In this document: positions 38,950 to 48,882 of the stretch, in pieces
Layout: every line of letters starts with the position of its first letter
Numbering within the stretch: the first letter of the stretch is position 1
Source: an uncultured delta proteobacterium
GTDB lineage: Bacteria > Desulfobacterota > Binatia > UBA9968
NCBI GenBank assembly: GCA_963745835.1
Contig: CAVUZH010000013.1
Location: forward strand, 608,001-672,000
Length of the DNA: 64,000 nucleotides
Reading direction: 5' to 3'
Made by a program: the position numbers and the translations under genes
Notes under the pieces: model-generated
What the model saw: only the letters and a program-made list of their open reading frames with translations
The model's database searches: none
What the model was told of the DNA's origin: nothing

Positions 38950-39858
38950 CTATTGTTCCAATTGGAAACACCGTCCGGGAGGATAGCCCGCCTCGAACTC
39001 CACTAGTTTCATGCGCGGGACCGAGGTGCCGCTGCAAACCTTTTGGATTTTTATTAGCTGGGTAGGCCTTTTCAAGTCGGTCTTCGACTCGCAGGTGACT
39101 TGCACGCAGGAGATCTTCTTTAACCAGGAGCATACTTTCACGTCGCGCCCGAAGGCATCCTCGAGTTCGGTCAGATACAAGGTGCCGAGTTTATCCTTGC
39201 CATCCTCTAAGTGCACCCCCGTGGCCAGCGTGTAGAAGCTACCGCCGATCTCCAACAAGCTCAGCACCTTGTCAACGAACAGGGACAAGTCTTCGGTATA
39301 GGTGAAGCCGCCGTACACGTCGGTAATGATCTGGAATTTTCCAAGCTCGTCGGGCGAATATTGCCGCAGGCGCTTGCCGAAGAGATAACGTATACGGTCA
39401 GCACCGAGGCGAGCGGTCTGCTGTTTCCAGTTGTCGGTCCGGCGGTCTTCGATGGAGATCGCCACCGCGCGCGCTCTGGGGCCGGACCCGAGGCATTTTT
39501 CAGCCGGCGCCGCGGCATCTTCGGGTAGGTAGTAATCTAGGATGGCCTGCGCTTGGCCCGCTCCGATATCGAGCCATCGGTCCGAGCTGCCCAGCCGCCC
39601 GAGAGCGTCGCAGAAGCCGGAGGGAAGAAGCTCCGAATAGCGCGAGAGCCCGCGATCGGTGGTGTAGACCCTGCGACCATCGGCACCCCGGCTGCGGTAG
39701 ATTTTTTCCTGCTCTAGAAATTCCTCTTTGATCCGCGGTTGAACGGGTTCCTGTGACCAGCCGGCCCGCGGCCCCAGCGCCTGTATGATGACGATCACAA
39801 CGGCCAGGCGCGCTGCCGCGGTTTGCCATCGTGGCACCGACGAATTGATTCTCCGCAT
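38950..39858 (-). CDS. Exported class I SAM-methyltransferase-like protein, copy 1
   Basis: Signal-like N-terminus; RWLDIGAGQAQA motif I; FQIITDVYGGF, LSLLEIGGSFY; several Cys conserved with copy 2. Confidence 0.7.
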   Translation of the reverse strand: MRRINSSVPRWQTAAARLAVVIVIIQALGPRAGWSQEPVQPRIKEEFLEQEKIYRSRGADGRRVYTTDRGLSRYSELLPSGFCDALGRLGSSDRWLDIGAGQAQAILDYYLPEDAAAPAEKCLGSGPRARAVAISIEDRRTDNWKQQTARLGADRIRYLFGKRLRQYSPDELGKFQIITDVYGGFTYTEDLSLFVDKVLSLLEIGGSFYTLATGVHLEDGKDKLGTLYLTELEDAFGRDVKVCSWLKKISCVQVTCESKTDLKRPTQLIKIQKVCSGTSVPRMKLVEFEAGYPPGRCFQLEQ

Positions 39859-39863
39859 GACGG

Positions 39864-40835
39864 CTACTTCCTCCTCGCATTGAAAAACATGCCATTCTTG
39901 AAAGCGTTTTCAAAGCTGTTCCAGGCATAGTCGATGTCGCCGGTGGCGGCAAGGCCAAAGGCGGAGGCGGTGAGTGCGCTCACGAACCTAATCTGCGCCT
40001 CCTCCGTGTCGTCGGGGTCGTCCTCGAACGTGCGCAGCGTAAGCTGGTTGGGATACTGTGCATCTTCATGCACCGTATCCCGTATCGAGATCTCTCCCAC
40101 CGCGCGTGGAATGAAGCGGTAAAATGGCCCGCGATTGCGGGCGGGCCGTATGTCCTCGTCCGCGCCGATCACCATCACTGGAACGGCGATCCGCTTTAGC
40201 GATTCCGACAAGCCCCGACCGATTGCAGTGGGATCGAGTAAGACACCGCCCAGCGCGGGGGCGCCTTCCCCTAAGGCGGTGGCGACGGCGGTGGCGCCGA
40301 ATGAGTGGCCGACGAGAATAATTTTGTCCCCGTCTATGCGCCGGTCGACGAGCTGCGGCGTTCGATGAATGATATCGACGAGCTTGGCAAGGATTCTGCC
40401 GTTGCCGATCCACGGGCCGCGCTTGGGTAGGTCCAGGGCAAGGCCATGCATGCCCCAGGAGGCCAAGTGCATCGCTTGGAAGGCATGGTCTTCCTTGGAA
40501 TTGTTGTTACCGTGCAACACGATGACCAGAGGCGCCTTACCGGCCGCGGCGCACAGGTATAAGTCCGCTGTCACCGTCAGATCGGAATCGAGGGGAATTT
40601 CCAGGCCCCTGCGCTCGACCATGGCGAACGGCCCGCGAAACCTGAATTGCGCTACGTCAGGCTTGCTGGAAAGTAGATAGCGCTGGAGCTCGGCGGGGTT
40701 TGCTGCCTTTATGGTTGTAACTTTAGTCGTCGGAAACTGGCGAGTACAACCAACCGCATGCGCTATCAAGGCAATCAGCAGCAGGACTGCAATACTAAAA
40801 CTCGATCGGCCGATTATAGCCGCGGTTGTTGGCAC
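39864..40835 (-). CDS. Lipoprotein alpha/beta-hydrolase, copy 1
   Basis: AVGC lipobox-like; PLVIVLHG, HLASWG, VGHSFGA, LLDP, GADED, TVHEDAQYP. Confidence 0.82.
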   Translation of the reverse strand: MPTTAAIIGRSSFSIAVLLLIALIAHAVGCTRQFPTTKVTTIKAANPAELQRYLLSSKPDVAQFRFRGPFAMVERRGLEIPLDSDLTVTADLYLCAAAGKAPLVIVLHGNNNSKEDHAFQAMHLASWGMHGLALDLPKRGPWIGNGRILAKLVDIIHRTPQLVDRRIDGDKIILVGHSFGATAVATALGEGAPALGGVLLDPTAIGRGLSESLKRIAVPVMVIGADEDIRPARNRGPFYRFIPRAVGEISIRDTVHEDAQYPNQLTLRTFEDDPDDTEEAQIRFVSALTASAFGLAATGDIDYAWNSFENAFKNGMFFNARRK

Positions 40836-40906
40836 GTTACCTCCGAGAACTAAACGCTACCTTAAACCCGAGCGTAATATGAATGAGCTTAATATCAATG
40901 CTTGCC

Positions 40907-41055
40907 AGAGTGTTGAAAATGACTTTGATCCAGGCTGTTCAAAACGGTCCAGATGCAAGGCGCGCGAGAATGGGCGAGCGCAGGCGTACTCCTTTGGTAC
41001 GTCGAGCGAGGCCATCGGAGCGCAACGTAGCAGGTGGGCCGTTTTCAACAGCCTG
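40907..41055 (-). mobile_element. MITE-like palindromic element, family A, copy 3 (inverted)
   Basis: agagtgttgaaaa...caggctgttcaaaac...ggcgtac..gtacgt..gagcgcaacg.agcaggtggg..gttttcaacagcctg is the reverse complement of the 29314 copy. Confidence 0.75.
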
Positions 41056-41081
41056 TTGCCCTTAATCGAAAAGATTGACTT

Positions 41082-41116
41082 AACATAATGAGATGTCCAT
41101 CTCGTATTATATTGTT
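41082..41116. promoter_or_regulatory. Imperfect palindromic operator-like site upstream of an SBP gene
   Basis: aacataatgagatg-tc-catctcgtattatattgtt directly after a TTGACT hexamer. Confidence 0.4.
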
Positions 41117-41151
41117 CTGCCCCGCAATAAGTTAGCGGAGAAACTTTTTCA

Positions 41152-42306
41152 ATGATTGCTCGAGTTCAGAAGAGAGCCGGTATGAGGCGCGGAGTCTTAT
41201 GCGGAGCCTTGATGGTTGCGGCGTTGATTTTGGCAGGTCTCGTTGGCGCCGCGCCGGCTCAAACGGGCCAGGGCCAGGCCGGCGAGTGGGACAAGATCCT
41301 CGAAGCTGCCAAGAAAGAAGGCAACGTGGTCGTCTCGATTCCGCCGAGTCGTAAGCTCCGCAGGGCCATGGAGGTCGCGTTTACCCGCCGCTACGGCATC
41401 GGCGTTGAGTTCGTATCGGCGCGCAGCAGCGCGAGCATTCAAAAAATGATCAGCGAAGCCAAAGCGGGGATCCCCTACGTTGACCTCCATATCGGTGGCA
41501 CCGAGCCGGCCGTTACCATGTTACTGGCTGAAAAGGCACTGGAGCCGGTGGAGCCTTATTTCGTCCTACCGGAAGTCAAAGATTCCAAGCAGTGGTGGGG
41601 CGGCCACATGTGGATGGACAACGACAAACGCTTTATCTATCCCTTCGCCGCCCATCAAATCGTCAGCCTGTGGTGCAATCCCAACGAGTACAAGCCCGCA
41701 GAGTTTCAATCGTTCGACGATCTCTTGAACCCCAAGTTGCAGGGCAAGATCGGCATCAGCGATCCGCGCACGCCGGGATTGGGCAATTCGATGTGGTCGT
41801 ACATGCTTTCGGTCAAAGGCGAGGAGTACTTAAAAAAGTTGGTTGCGCAGAAGCTTTTTGTCGCGCGGGATCTCCGCTTGCTGGGCGAGAATCTAAGCAC
41901 TGCGAAAATCGCCGTCACGTTGGGCATTGGTTATTCCGAGCTGCTGCCGTTTATCAAGACCGGCTTGCCGGTCGTGCCGCTCCCCTATCCGAAGGAGGGC
42001 CTCTACACCACCGGCGGTAACGGCCATTTGATGGTCATCAAAAACCCGCCTCATCCCAACGCGGCCAAGGTGTTCGCCAACTGGCTGTTGGGAAGGGACG
42101 GCCAAGAGCTTTTCGGCCGGACCATGGCGGTCGGCAGCCGGCGTCTCGACGTCGACACGAAATGGCTCAAAGATTTCGGCGTGATCGGATCGAAGGACTC
42201 GCTCACCGTCGAGCAGTTTCACCGACTCGAAAACGACTCCGAAGAAAAATTCTACAAGCTCAGGGAGCAGGGCGCCGCCGCGGCGCGCAGGCTATTGGGC
42301 ACCTAA
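41152..42306 (+). CDS. Extracellular solute-binding protein, AfuA-like
   Basis: Signal peptide, WDKILEAAKKEGNVVV, DLLNPKLQGKI..DPR, PHPNAAKVFANWLL..GQ. Confidence 0.88.
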   Translation: MIARVQKRAGMRRGVLCGALMVAALILAGLVGAAPAQTGQGQAGEWDKILEAAKKEGNVVVSIPPSRKLRRAMEVAFTRRYGIGVEFVSARSSASIQKMISEAKAGIPYVDLHIGGTEPAVTMLLAEKALEPVEPYFVLPEVKDSKQWWGGHMWMDNDKRFIYPFAAHQIVSLWCNPNEYKPAEFQSFDDLLNPKLQGKIGISDPRTPGLGNSMWSYMLSVKGEEYLKKLVAQKLFVARDLRLLGENLSTAKIAVTLGIGYSELLPFIKTGLPVVPLPYPKEGLYTTGGNGHLMVIKNPPHPNAAKVFANWLLGRDGQELFGRTMAVGSRRLDVDTKWLKDFGVIGSKDSLTVEQFHRLENDSEEKFYKLREQGAAAARRLLGT

Positions 42307-42402
42307 TGGGCGGTACAATCGCGCCTGTTTCGCATTCACATCCCTCCCCGTGGAGCACGGAGTAGACTTTTCTCTCGTCTTGGAGTAATTGGGCCCTTAC
42401 CG

Positions 42403-43452
42403 ATGGGAAAAGACAACAACAGATCAGGTTTTTATTTTGAGCGGCCCAAGTGGCGGGCCACCAACGCCGATTTCAGCTTAATCGTTGCCGCTTTCATTTT
42501 TCTCGCCGCGACCGGTGCGGTTGCGCGCGCCGCCGATCAGGTGACGTCGGCGTATCAATCCGTGTCGATCGGGAGTTCCACCCCGTTGTGGATCGCCAAA
42601 GACGCGGGTTTTTTTGAGCGGCAAGGACTCGACGTGAAGATTGTGTTTGTCGAGGGAAGCCCTCGCACTCTGCAGACGCTCATCGCGGGAGAATCGCAGA
42701 TTGTCGAATCCACAGGTCCGGCGGTGCTCAACGCCCGCGCGGCGGGCTCGCCCGTCGTCATTGTCGCCGGCTATGTCAATGTGATGCCGTACTATCTTAT
42801 CGTTGACAATTCGATTAATTCTCCGGCGGACCTAAAAGGCAAAGTGGGCGCTAATCATATGCCCGGAACCGCGGCGGACACCGTTATTCGCATCGGACTT
42901 AAAGCGCTCGGGCTGGATCCCGACCGAGACGTATCGCTCCGCGGTGTCGGCAACACGCCGATGCGTTTGCAGGCGATGTCGGCGGGTGTCGCTCAATTTA
43001 TGGTCGGTCAAGATTTGGAACTTCAGCAGGCGAAGCGCCTCGGTTTTAAGGTTCTTGTGGATTACGTGGCCGCCAAAACCCCCTTCCCAATGGGCGGCGC
43101 GGTGACAACTCAGCGCTACGTGCGGGAGAAGCGTGACGTCGTGCTGCGCTACGTGAAAGCGCTGGCGCAAGCCCTGCAGTATTTGAAGACAAATAGAGAA
43201 GGCTCTATCGCCATCATATCCCGCTACGCGCGCTCCTTGAATCCCGAGGTGATGGGAGCCGCTTTCGATTCTGCTCGACGTCTCTACAACGAGATTCCTG
43301 CGCCCACGACCGAAGGGTTCGAACTCGTTGCCAGGGAACTCGCCCAGCGCAATCCAAAGCTACGCGATTTCGACACGAGCTCTGCGGTGGACCTGCAGTT
43401 CGTGAGAGAGCTTGAGCAAAGCGGCTTTCTGAAAAGCCCAAAGGGGAACTAG
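42403..43452 (+). CDS. ABC substrate-binding protein, NMT1/SsuA-like
   Basis: PLWIAKDAGFFERQGLDV, DLKGK, FVRELEQSGF. Confidence 0.87.
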   Translation: MGKDNNRSGFYFERPKWRATNADFSLIVAAFIFLAATGAVARAADQVTSAYQSVSIGSSTPLWIAKDAGFFERQGLDVKIVFVEGSPRTLQTLIAGESQIVESTGPAVLNARAAGSPVVIVAGYVNVMPYYLIVDNSINSPADLKGKVGANHMPGTAADTVIRIGLKALGLDPDRDVSLRGVGNTPMRLQAMSAGVAQFMVGQDLELQQAKRLGFKVLVDYVAAKTPFPMGGAVTTQRYVREKRDVVLRYVKALAQALQYLKTNREGSIAIISRYARSLNPEVMGAAFDSARRLYNEIPAPTTEGFELVARELAQRNPKLRDFDTSSAVDLQFVRELEQSGFLKSPKGN

Positions 43453-43913
43453 GTTCGGCTTTCATGCTGCGCGAACAGCGCGAGCAGCTTTGGATCCTCG
43501 CGGAAAGAATAACTAACCGGCGAAGCTGGGCTGCAGCCCTGCATCCGGGAGCCAAACCCGCCCGGCTTCCTGCTCGACGTGCCACACCGGAGTATGCCGA
43601 CGGCATCGATGTTAGCGAATTCGATTTTTCCGCGGCCAATTTTTTGGCCTTCTCGCCGTCTCCGTTTCCAGCGCTAATTTGATATCCAACTTCCTCGCGA
43701 TCGCAATCAATTATTGTAGTGTCGTACTGAAAACCCTCTGACGATCGCTTGTCGTTGAGAGGATTGGATGGAATGGAGTCCGTGGAGTTCGATTTCCGAT
43801 ACAGCGCACGAGGGGCGGCTGCTACCATCGGAACAACCGCCCCTTCTTGTCATCAATGCAACGATCATCGATGATCGCCGGCTTGCCAGTGTGGCGGCTT
43901 CGCCCGACTCCAA

Positions 43914-44363
43914 TTATTTTTTCGCTTTTTGGTCCACAACCTTGAGGTCGAACTTCCCGGGCGACTCCTCATAGAACAGCGCGCCCTCTTTCGCATCTCC
44001 GCTGCTCACGTGCACGGTACCGGCCGGAATGGAGAGATAGGATCCGGCACCAACTCGCCTCTCGTTGCCGTTCTGGGGCTTGTAGATGTAGGCGCCCCGC
44101 AGCACGACGATCCGGACTTCGTTGGTATGGGTATGCAGCGGATTAGTAAGGCCTGGATCGAACTTCGTGAAGGCGCCGTAAGCCGCCGCATCGTGATTCC
44201 CCCACAGAATCTTTTTCTTGACTCCCGGAACGACCTCCTTGAACTCCGCTTTTTCGGATTCCACGAAAACCGGCTCCTTCTTACTTTGGGCCAGCGCCAT
44301 GCCCAGCGAGCAGGCTACGATCGCGACTCCGACAACCGAAACCAACTTTGATTGCATCTTCAT
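43914..44363 (-). CDS. Secreted cupin-domain protein (DUF4437-like)
   Basis: Signal peptide; PLHTHTNE and GSYLSIPAGTVH cupin motifs; SD AGGAGG. Confidence 0.8.
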   Translation of the reverse strand: MKMQSKLVSVVGVAIVACSLGMALAQSKKEPVFVESEKAEFKEVVPGVKKKILWGNHDAAAYGAFTKFDPGLTNPLHTHTNEVRIVVLRGAYIYKPQNGNERRVGAGSYLSIPAGTVHVSSGDAKEGALFYEESPGKFDLKVVDQKAKK

Positions 44364-44491
44364 AGCTTCCTCCTGTGATGCGATTACGGGCAACTTTCCT
44401 AGGCGATCACTATTGGATTTCGGCTCCGGAGAGAGCCTGAAGGGCGGCTGCTACCCTCGAAACAACCGCACCGTCGTGTCATCCGTGTCAT

Positions 44492-46180
44492 CTATGTAGT
44501 GATCACGTCGATGATCGCCGGCTTGCCGCTCTGGTTGGCTTCGAGCCCGCGCTTCAGCGCATCCTGGAGCTTCTCCGGATCCGTCACCTGCTCGCCGTAG
44601 CCGCCGACGGATTCGGAGACCTTCACGAAGCTGGGTGGATTGATGTGGGTGCCGTGGTAGAGATCGATCTCCGCCGCGATCCCGTCCGGATACATCTTCT
44701 GGTGCATGCCCTGCATCGCGGCGTATTTCTTGTTGTTGAAGATGACCGTCATTGTTGGCAGCTTGTAATCCCGCGCCGCGCCCAGGCTACCGAGAGCCGG
44801 GTTGTACAGGAACGCGCCGTCACCGATCAAGGTCACGACCTGCCGTTCCGGCTTCCCCAGCTTGATTCCGAGCGAAAGACCCAGCCCTTGTCCGAGACCG
44901 CCTTGCCGGGTGAACAGACACTGCGGGTCGTTCCATACGAGATGTTGTCGCAGAGTCGCGGTGTGAGTGGTGACCTCGTCAATGTAGATCGTATCTCTCG
45001 GCATTACGGCGTTTAGAGAAGCGCACAGCCACACCGGATCGATCGGTGTCTTCTTGCGCGCCGCCGCCTGCGCCGCATTTCTTTTCTCGACCAGCGCATC
45101 GTGCGCCGCCGCGAGCTCCTTCCGTCTTGCCTCCACTAGAGCCTTGTCAACTTTGGCGGCGTTCGCCAGATCGCGCAGCGTCTGCGCCGCGTTGCCTTCG
45201 AGGTACATGTCGGCCTGATGGCTCTGATAGACCATGGCCGAGTTGTGCGGCGCCTCGTCCACCATGGCGACGACGGCTTTGGACGGGCGGTTGCTCGGCG
45301 GATACCAGGGTGCGCGTGACCGCACCACGATCGCCAGGTCCATGTCGGTCCAGAAAGGTTTGATGTCGGTTCCCTGATAAAGCGGATGATCCTTGGGGAA
45401 GTTCGCGAACAGAGCGCCGGCCTTCTCGACCACCGGCAGAGCGAACTTCTCGCACAGCGCCACCAGTGCCTCATAGGTTTCGACCTCCTGGCCGGCGCCC
45501 TCGGTGAGCACGACCGGGTGCTTCGCCTTGGAGAGCTGGGCGGCGAGCTTTTCGATATCCTCCGGCGCCGTCAGCATGCGCGGCGCGGGCGGAACCTTGC
45601 GCGGATTGGCCGGCGGTGTCCAGCCATCCATTAGAGTTTCCGTCGAAACGGACAGATAAGTGGGTCCTGTCGGTTGCCGCTGCGCCAGCTCTCCGGCGCG
45701 GATGACGCTTTCATAGAGCGTGTAGGCGCTGCCCGCGACCGAAGAATACTTGACGATCGTATCGACCAGGCTCGTCGTACCGCCGACGATGCTAAGATTG
45801 TTGATCCACTGGGCGCCCGGATCGAACTCCGGTTGCTCACCATAGGTCATCGACTCTCCGGAGATCACCACCATCGGAACTCCGCTGACAAAGGCGCCGT
45901 GGATGCCCATGGCGCCCTGCAGCAGGCCGGCGCCCGCGTGCAGCAACACCGCCTGCATCTTCCCCGTGGCCAGGGTGTAGCCCGCCGCGATGTCTACGGC
46001 AAGCGTTTCATGCCACACATCCAGCAGCTTCGGGCCTTCCTTCTTCCGGTGGATCTGGTCGGCCATCGCTTCCCACACGGGCGCCCATTCGGTACCCGGC
46101 GAGGACAGAATGTACTCGACTCCGAGCTTGCGAAATGCTTCGACTAAGGCGCTGCCGCCATCGAACTGGTTTTTTTTCAT
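44492..46180 (-). CDS. Thiamine-pyrophosphate-dependent enzyme (acetolactate synthase/benzoylformate decarboxylase-like)
   Basis: SPGTE, WHETLA catalytic Glu, IGDGAFLYN...IFNN TPP motif; probable start ATG 46180. Confidence 0.9.
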   Translation of the reverse strand: MKKNQFDGGSALVEAFRKLGVEYILSSPGTEWAPVWEAMADQIHRKKEGPKLLDVWHETLAVDIAAGYTLATGKMQAVLLHAGAGLLQGAMGIHGAFVSGVPMVVISGESMTYGEQPEFDPGAQWINNLSIVGGTTSLVDTIVKYSSVAGSAYTLYESVIRAGELAQRQPTGPTYLSVSTETLMDGWTPPANPRKVPPAPRMLTAPEDIEKLAAQLSKAKHPVVLTEGAGQEVETYEALVALCEKFALPVVEKAGALFANFPKDHPLYQGTDIKPFWTDMDLAIVVRSRAPWYPPSNRPSKAVVAMVDEAPHNSAMVYQSHQADMYLEGNAAQTLRDLANAAKVDKALVEARRKELAAAHDALVEKRNAAQAAARKKTPIDPVWLCASLNAVMPRDTIYIDEVTTHTATLRQHLVWNDPQCLFTRQGGLGQGLGLSLGIKLGKPERQVVTLIGDGAFLYNPALGSLGAARDYKLPTMTVIFNNKKYAAMQGMHQKMYPDGIAAEIDLYHGTHINPPSFVKVSESVGGYGEQVTDPEKLQDALKRGLEANQSGKPAIIDVITT

Positions 46181-46583
46181 GTTTGGTCTCCCTGAACTGC
46201 TTTTTGATGGGTGTATTATCTCACGCCTGAACACGCAAGACCCTGGCGCGCTCCCCGAGATTAATGGAAAAAAATTCAGCAACAGCCCAGTCGCGCAATC
46301 CTGATTTGCTACAATGCTGGAGCCTAGGCGAGCAGCTTCTTGACCTCGGCCGCTACTGCACTGCCGGAGAAAATCACCGGTCGGACGATTACTTTAGACT
46401 TTGTTGTTTTTTTGTTCAGCCCGCACACGCACTAAATTCACTGCCCAATTTGTTCCTCGCGAATCGCGGCGCCGTCGCCCCGGACGCGCAGCTTGGCGCA
46501 GGCGATTTGCGACGCGCCGACGCATCCAGGTGACTTTGTATTCATGAGCAACCCTGAGCTCTCCCGTTGTACGAATTCATTCC

Positions 46584-47495
46584 CTACGGCTCTAATTGGA
46601 ATCGCCTTCCCGGAGGATTCCCCGCCTGGTACTGCAATAGCTTCACGCGCGCGACAGAGACATCGCTGCAAACCTTCCGAATGTTTATCAGCTCGGTCGG
46701 CGCGTCCCACTCGCTCTTCGACTCGCAGCCGACTAGGGCGCAGGTGGTTTTCCTGAGCCAGGAGCACACTGTCACGTCGCGGCCCGCTGCATCCACGATC
46801 TCGGTCTCATATCGGGCACCGGGCTTGTCGTTGCCATGCTGCAAATGCACGCGTTGCACCATCGTGTAGAAAACGCCGTCAACCTCGAGCAAGCTCAACA
46901 CCTTCTCCACGAACTGAGACAAATCTTCGGTATAAGAGAAGCCACCGTACACGTCGCTAATAATCTGGAATTTTCCAAGCTCCTCGCGCGAATACTGCCG
47001 CAGGCGCTTGCCGGAGAGATATCGTATACGGTCTTCGCCTAAGCTCGCGGCCTGCTGTTGCCACTTCTCCGTCCGCCGGTCCTCTATCGACATCGCCACC
47101 GCGCGCGCCCTGCCGCGATACCCGGTGCATTTTGCGATCGGCGGCGCGCCGCCTACGGGTGCATAGTAGTCCAGTATCGCCTGGCCATTGCCTGCGCCGA
47201 TATCCAGCCACCGGTCCGAGCTGCTCAGACTAGCGAGCGCATCGCAGAAACCGTAGGGAAGAATTTCCACGTAGTCCGAGAGCGCTCGGTTGGTAACGTA
47301 ACCGCTGGGAACGTCGCCGCCCCGGCTACCATAAATTTTCTCCTGCTTTGCGATCTCCTCGTCCGTCCGGAGTGAAGCGGATTCCTGTGGCCAGCCAACT
47401 TCCATCCCAAGCACCTGCACGACGATAACCATCAGAACGGCCAGGCCCATCGCCGCGCCCTTCCATCCTTTCGATGATATTTTGAGTGAAAACAT
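46584..47495 (-). CDS. Exported class I SAM-methyltransferase-like protein, copy 2
   Basis: Full-length paralogue of 38950-39858; RWLDIGAGNGQA; signal-like N-terminus. Confidence 0.7.
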   Translation of the reverse strand: MFSLKISSKGWKGAAMGLAVLMVIVVQVLGMEVGWPQESASLRTDEEIAKQEKIYGSRGGDVPSGYVTNRALSDYVEILPYGFCDALASLSSSDRWLDIGAGNGQAILDYYAPVGGAPPIAKCTGYRGRARAVAMSIEDRRTEKWQQQAASLGEDRIRYLSGKRLRQYSREELGKFQIISDVYGGFSYTEDLSQFVEKVLSLLEVDGVFYTMVQRVHLQHGNDKPGARYETEIVDAAGRDVTVCSWLRKTTCALVGCESKSEWDAPTELINIRKVCSDVSVARVKLLQYQAGNPPGRRFQLEP

Positions 47496-47500
47496 GATGT

Positions 47501-48580
47501 TTACTTTCTCCTCCCGTTGAAAAAGATCCCGTTCTTAAGAGCGTCCTCAAAGCTGTTCCAGGCATAGTCGATGCTGCCAGTGGCCGCAAGACCGAAGGCT
47601 GAGGCGGTTAGTGCGCTAACGAATGCGATCTGCGCTTCCTCCGTATCATCGGGCCTGTCTTCGAAGGCGCGCAGCGTGTACTGGTTGGGATACTGTGCAT
47701 CTTCGTGGACCGTGTCTCGTATGGAAATCTCGCCTACGGCGCCCGGAATGAATCGGAAAAATTGGCCGCGGTTGCGGGTGGGCCAAATGTCCTCGTCGGC
47801 GCCGATCAGCATAACTGGAACTTTGATTCGATTCAGGAATTGCCGCAATTGCCGGCCAATCCCGGCGGGATCGAGAAGGACGCCTCCCCGAGCCGGGGCG
47901 CCTTCTCCCAACGCAGTGGCGACAGCGGTCGCGCCGAATGAGTGGCCCACAAGGATTATCTTGTCCGGGTCTATATGCTCATCGACGAGCTGAGGCGTCC
48001 GCTGAATGGTTTCGACCAGCCTGGCAAGAGTTCTGCCGTTGGCGCTCCACGGGCCGCCATTGGGCAAATCAATGGCAAGGCCGTGCATGCCCCAGGATGC
48101 CAAGTGCATCGCTTGGAAGGCGTGGTCCTCTTTGGAGTTGTCGAGACCATGCAACACGATCAACAGCGGAGCCTTGCGCGCCGCTGCGCACAGGTATAGG
48201 TCCGCTTCCACCGTGAGACCCGAAACCAGCGGGATTTCCAGATCCCTGCGCTCGATGACCGTAAAGGGTCCACGCGACCTGAACTGCGCCACATCGGGCT
48301 TGCGGGAGAGTAGATACCGTTGGAGCTCGGCGGGGTTTGCAGCCTTTATCGGCGTGACTTCGGTCACCGGAAAGCGGCGAGCACAGCCGACAAAATGCGC
48401 CATAAACGCGATCAGCAGAAGGGCTGGAATGCAAAAACCTGATCGCGCGAGCCCCGCTGCGGTTCCTGGCGCGTTACTCCAGAACGACTCAGGTCGAAAT
48501 TTTGATAGCCTGCTGAAAAAGGCCGACCGCATCAGAACGGATAAATTATGAAAGCTGAAAGCAGAAATTTCCGTTTTCAC
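47501..48580 (-). CDS. Lipoprotein alpha/beta-hydrolase, copy 2
   Basis: Full-length paralogue of 39864-40835 (FVGC, GHSFG, GADED, TVHEDAQYP); true start may be downstream of 48580. Confidence 0.82.
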   Translation of the reverse strand: MKTEISAFSFHNLSVLMRSAFFSRLSKFRPESFWSNAPGTAAGLARSGFCIPALLLIAFMAHFVGCARRFPVTEVTPIKAANPAELQRYLLSRKPDVAQFRSRGPFTVIERRDLEIPLVSGLTVEADLYLCAAARKAPLLIVLHGLDNSKEDHAFQAMHLASWGMHGLAIDLPNGGPWSANGRTLARLVETIQRTPQLVDEHIDPDKIILVGHSFGATAVATALGEGAPARGGVLLDPAGIGRQLRQFLNRIKVPVMLIGADEDIWPTRNRGQFFRFIPGAVGEISIRDTVHEDAQYPNQYTLRAFEDRPDDTEEAQIAFVSALTASAFGLAATGSIDYAWNSFEDALKNGIFFNGRRK

Positions 48581-48882
48581 CCTTCCGCTTTCATCCTTGT
48601 CTTTCCGCGGCTCGCATCAGTCTGAATCTGAGCTTCAACTCTCTTGAATCTTGACATTTCTACTTTCGATTTTGCTCTTATAGCAGTTCGACATGATTCG
48701 GTTAAGCCTTGAAGTGGAATTGGGCAACTCAATAGTCTTGACGAACCCTTCATTCACTCTTTTCTCATAGGAAGCGCTTCTTGATCCTCGGGCGATCATC
48801 CATGCGCTGGAAACGCGCGGCAATGATATTGAGATCTCTCGCGCGTGTTGACCCGTGGCTGGGATTACGTTTGAATTTAGCG

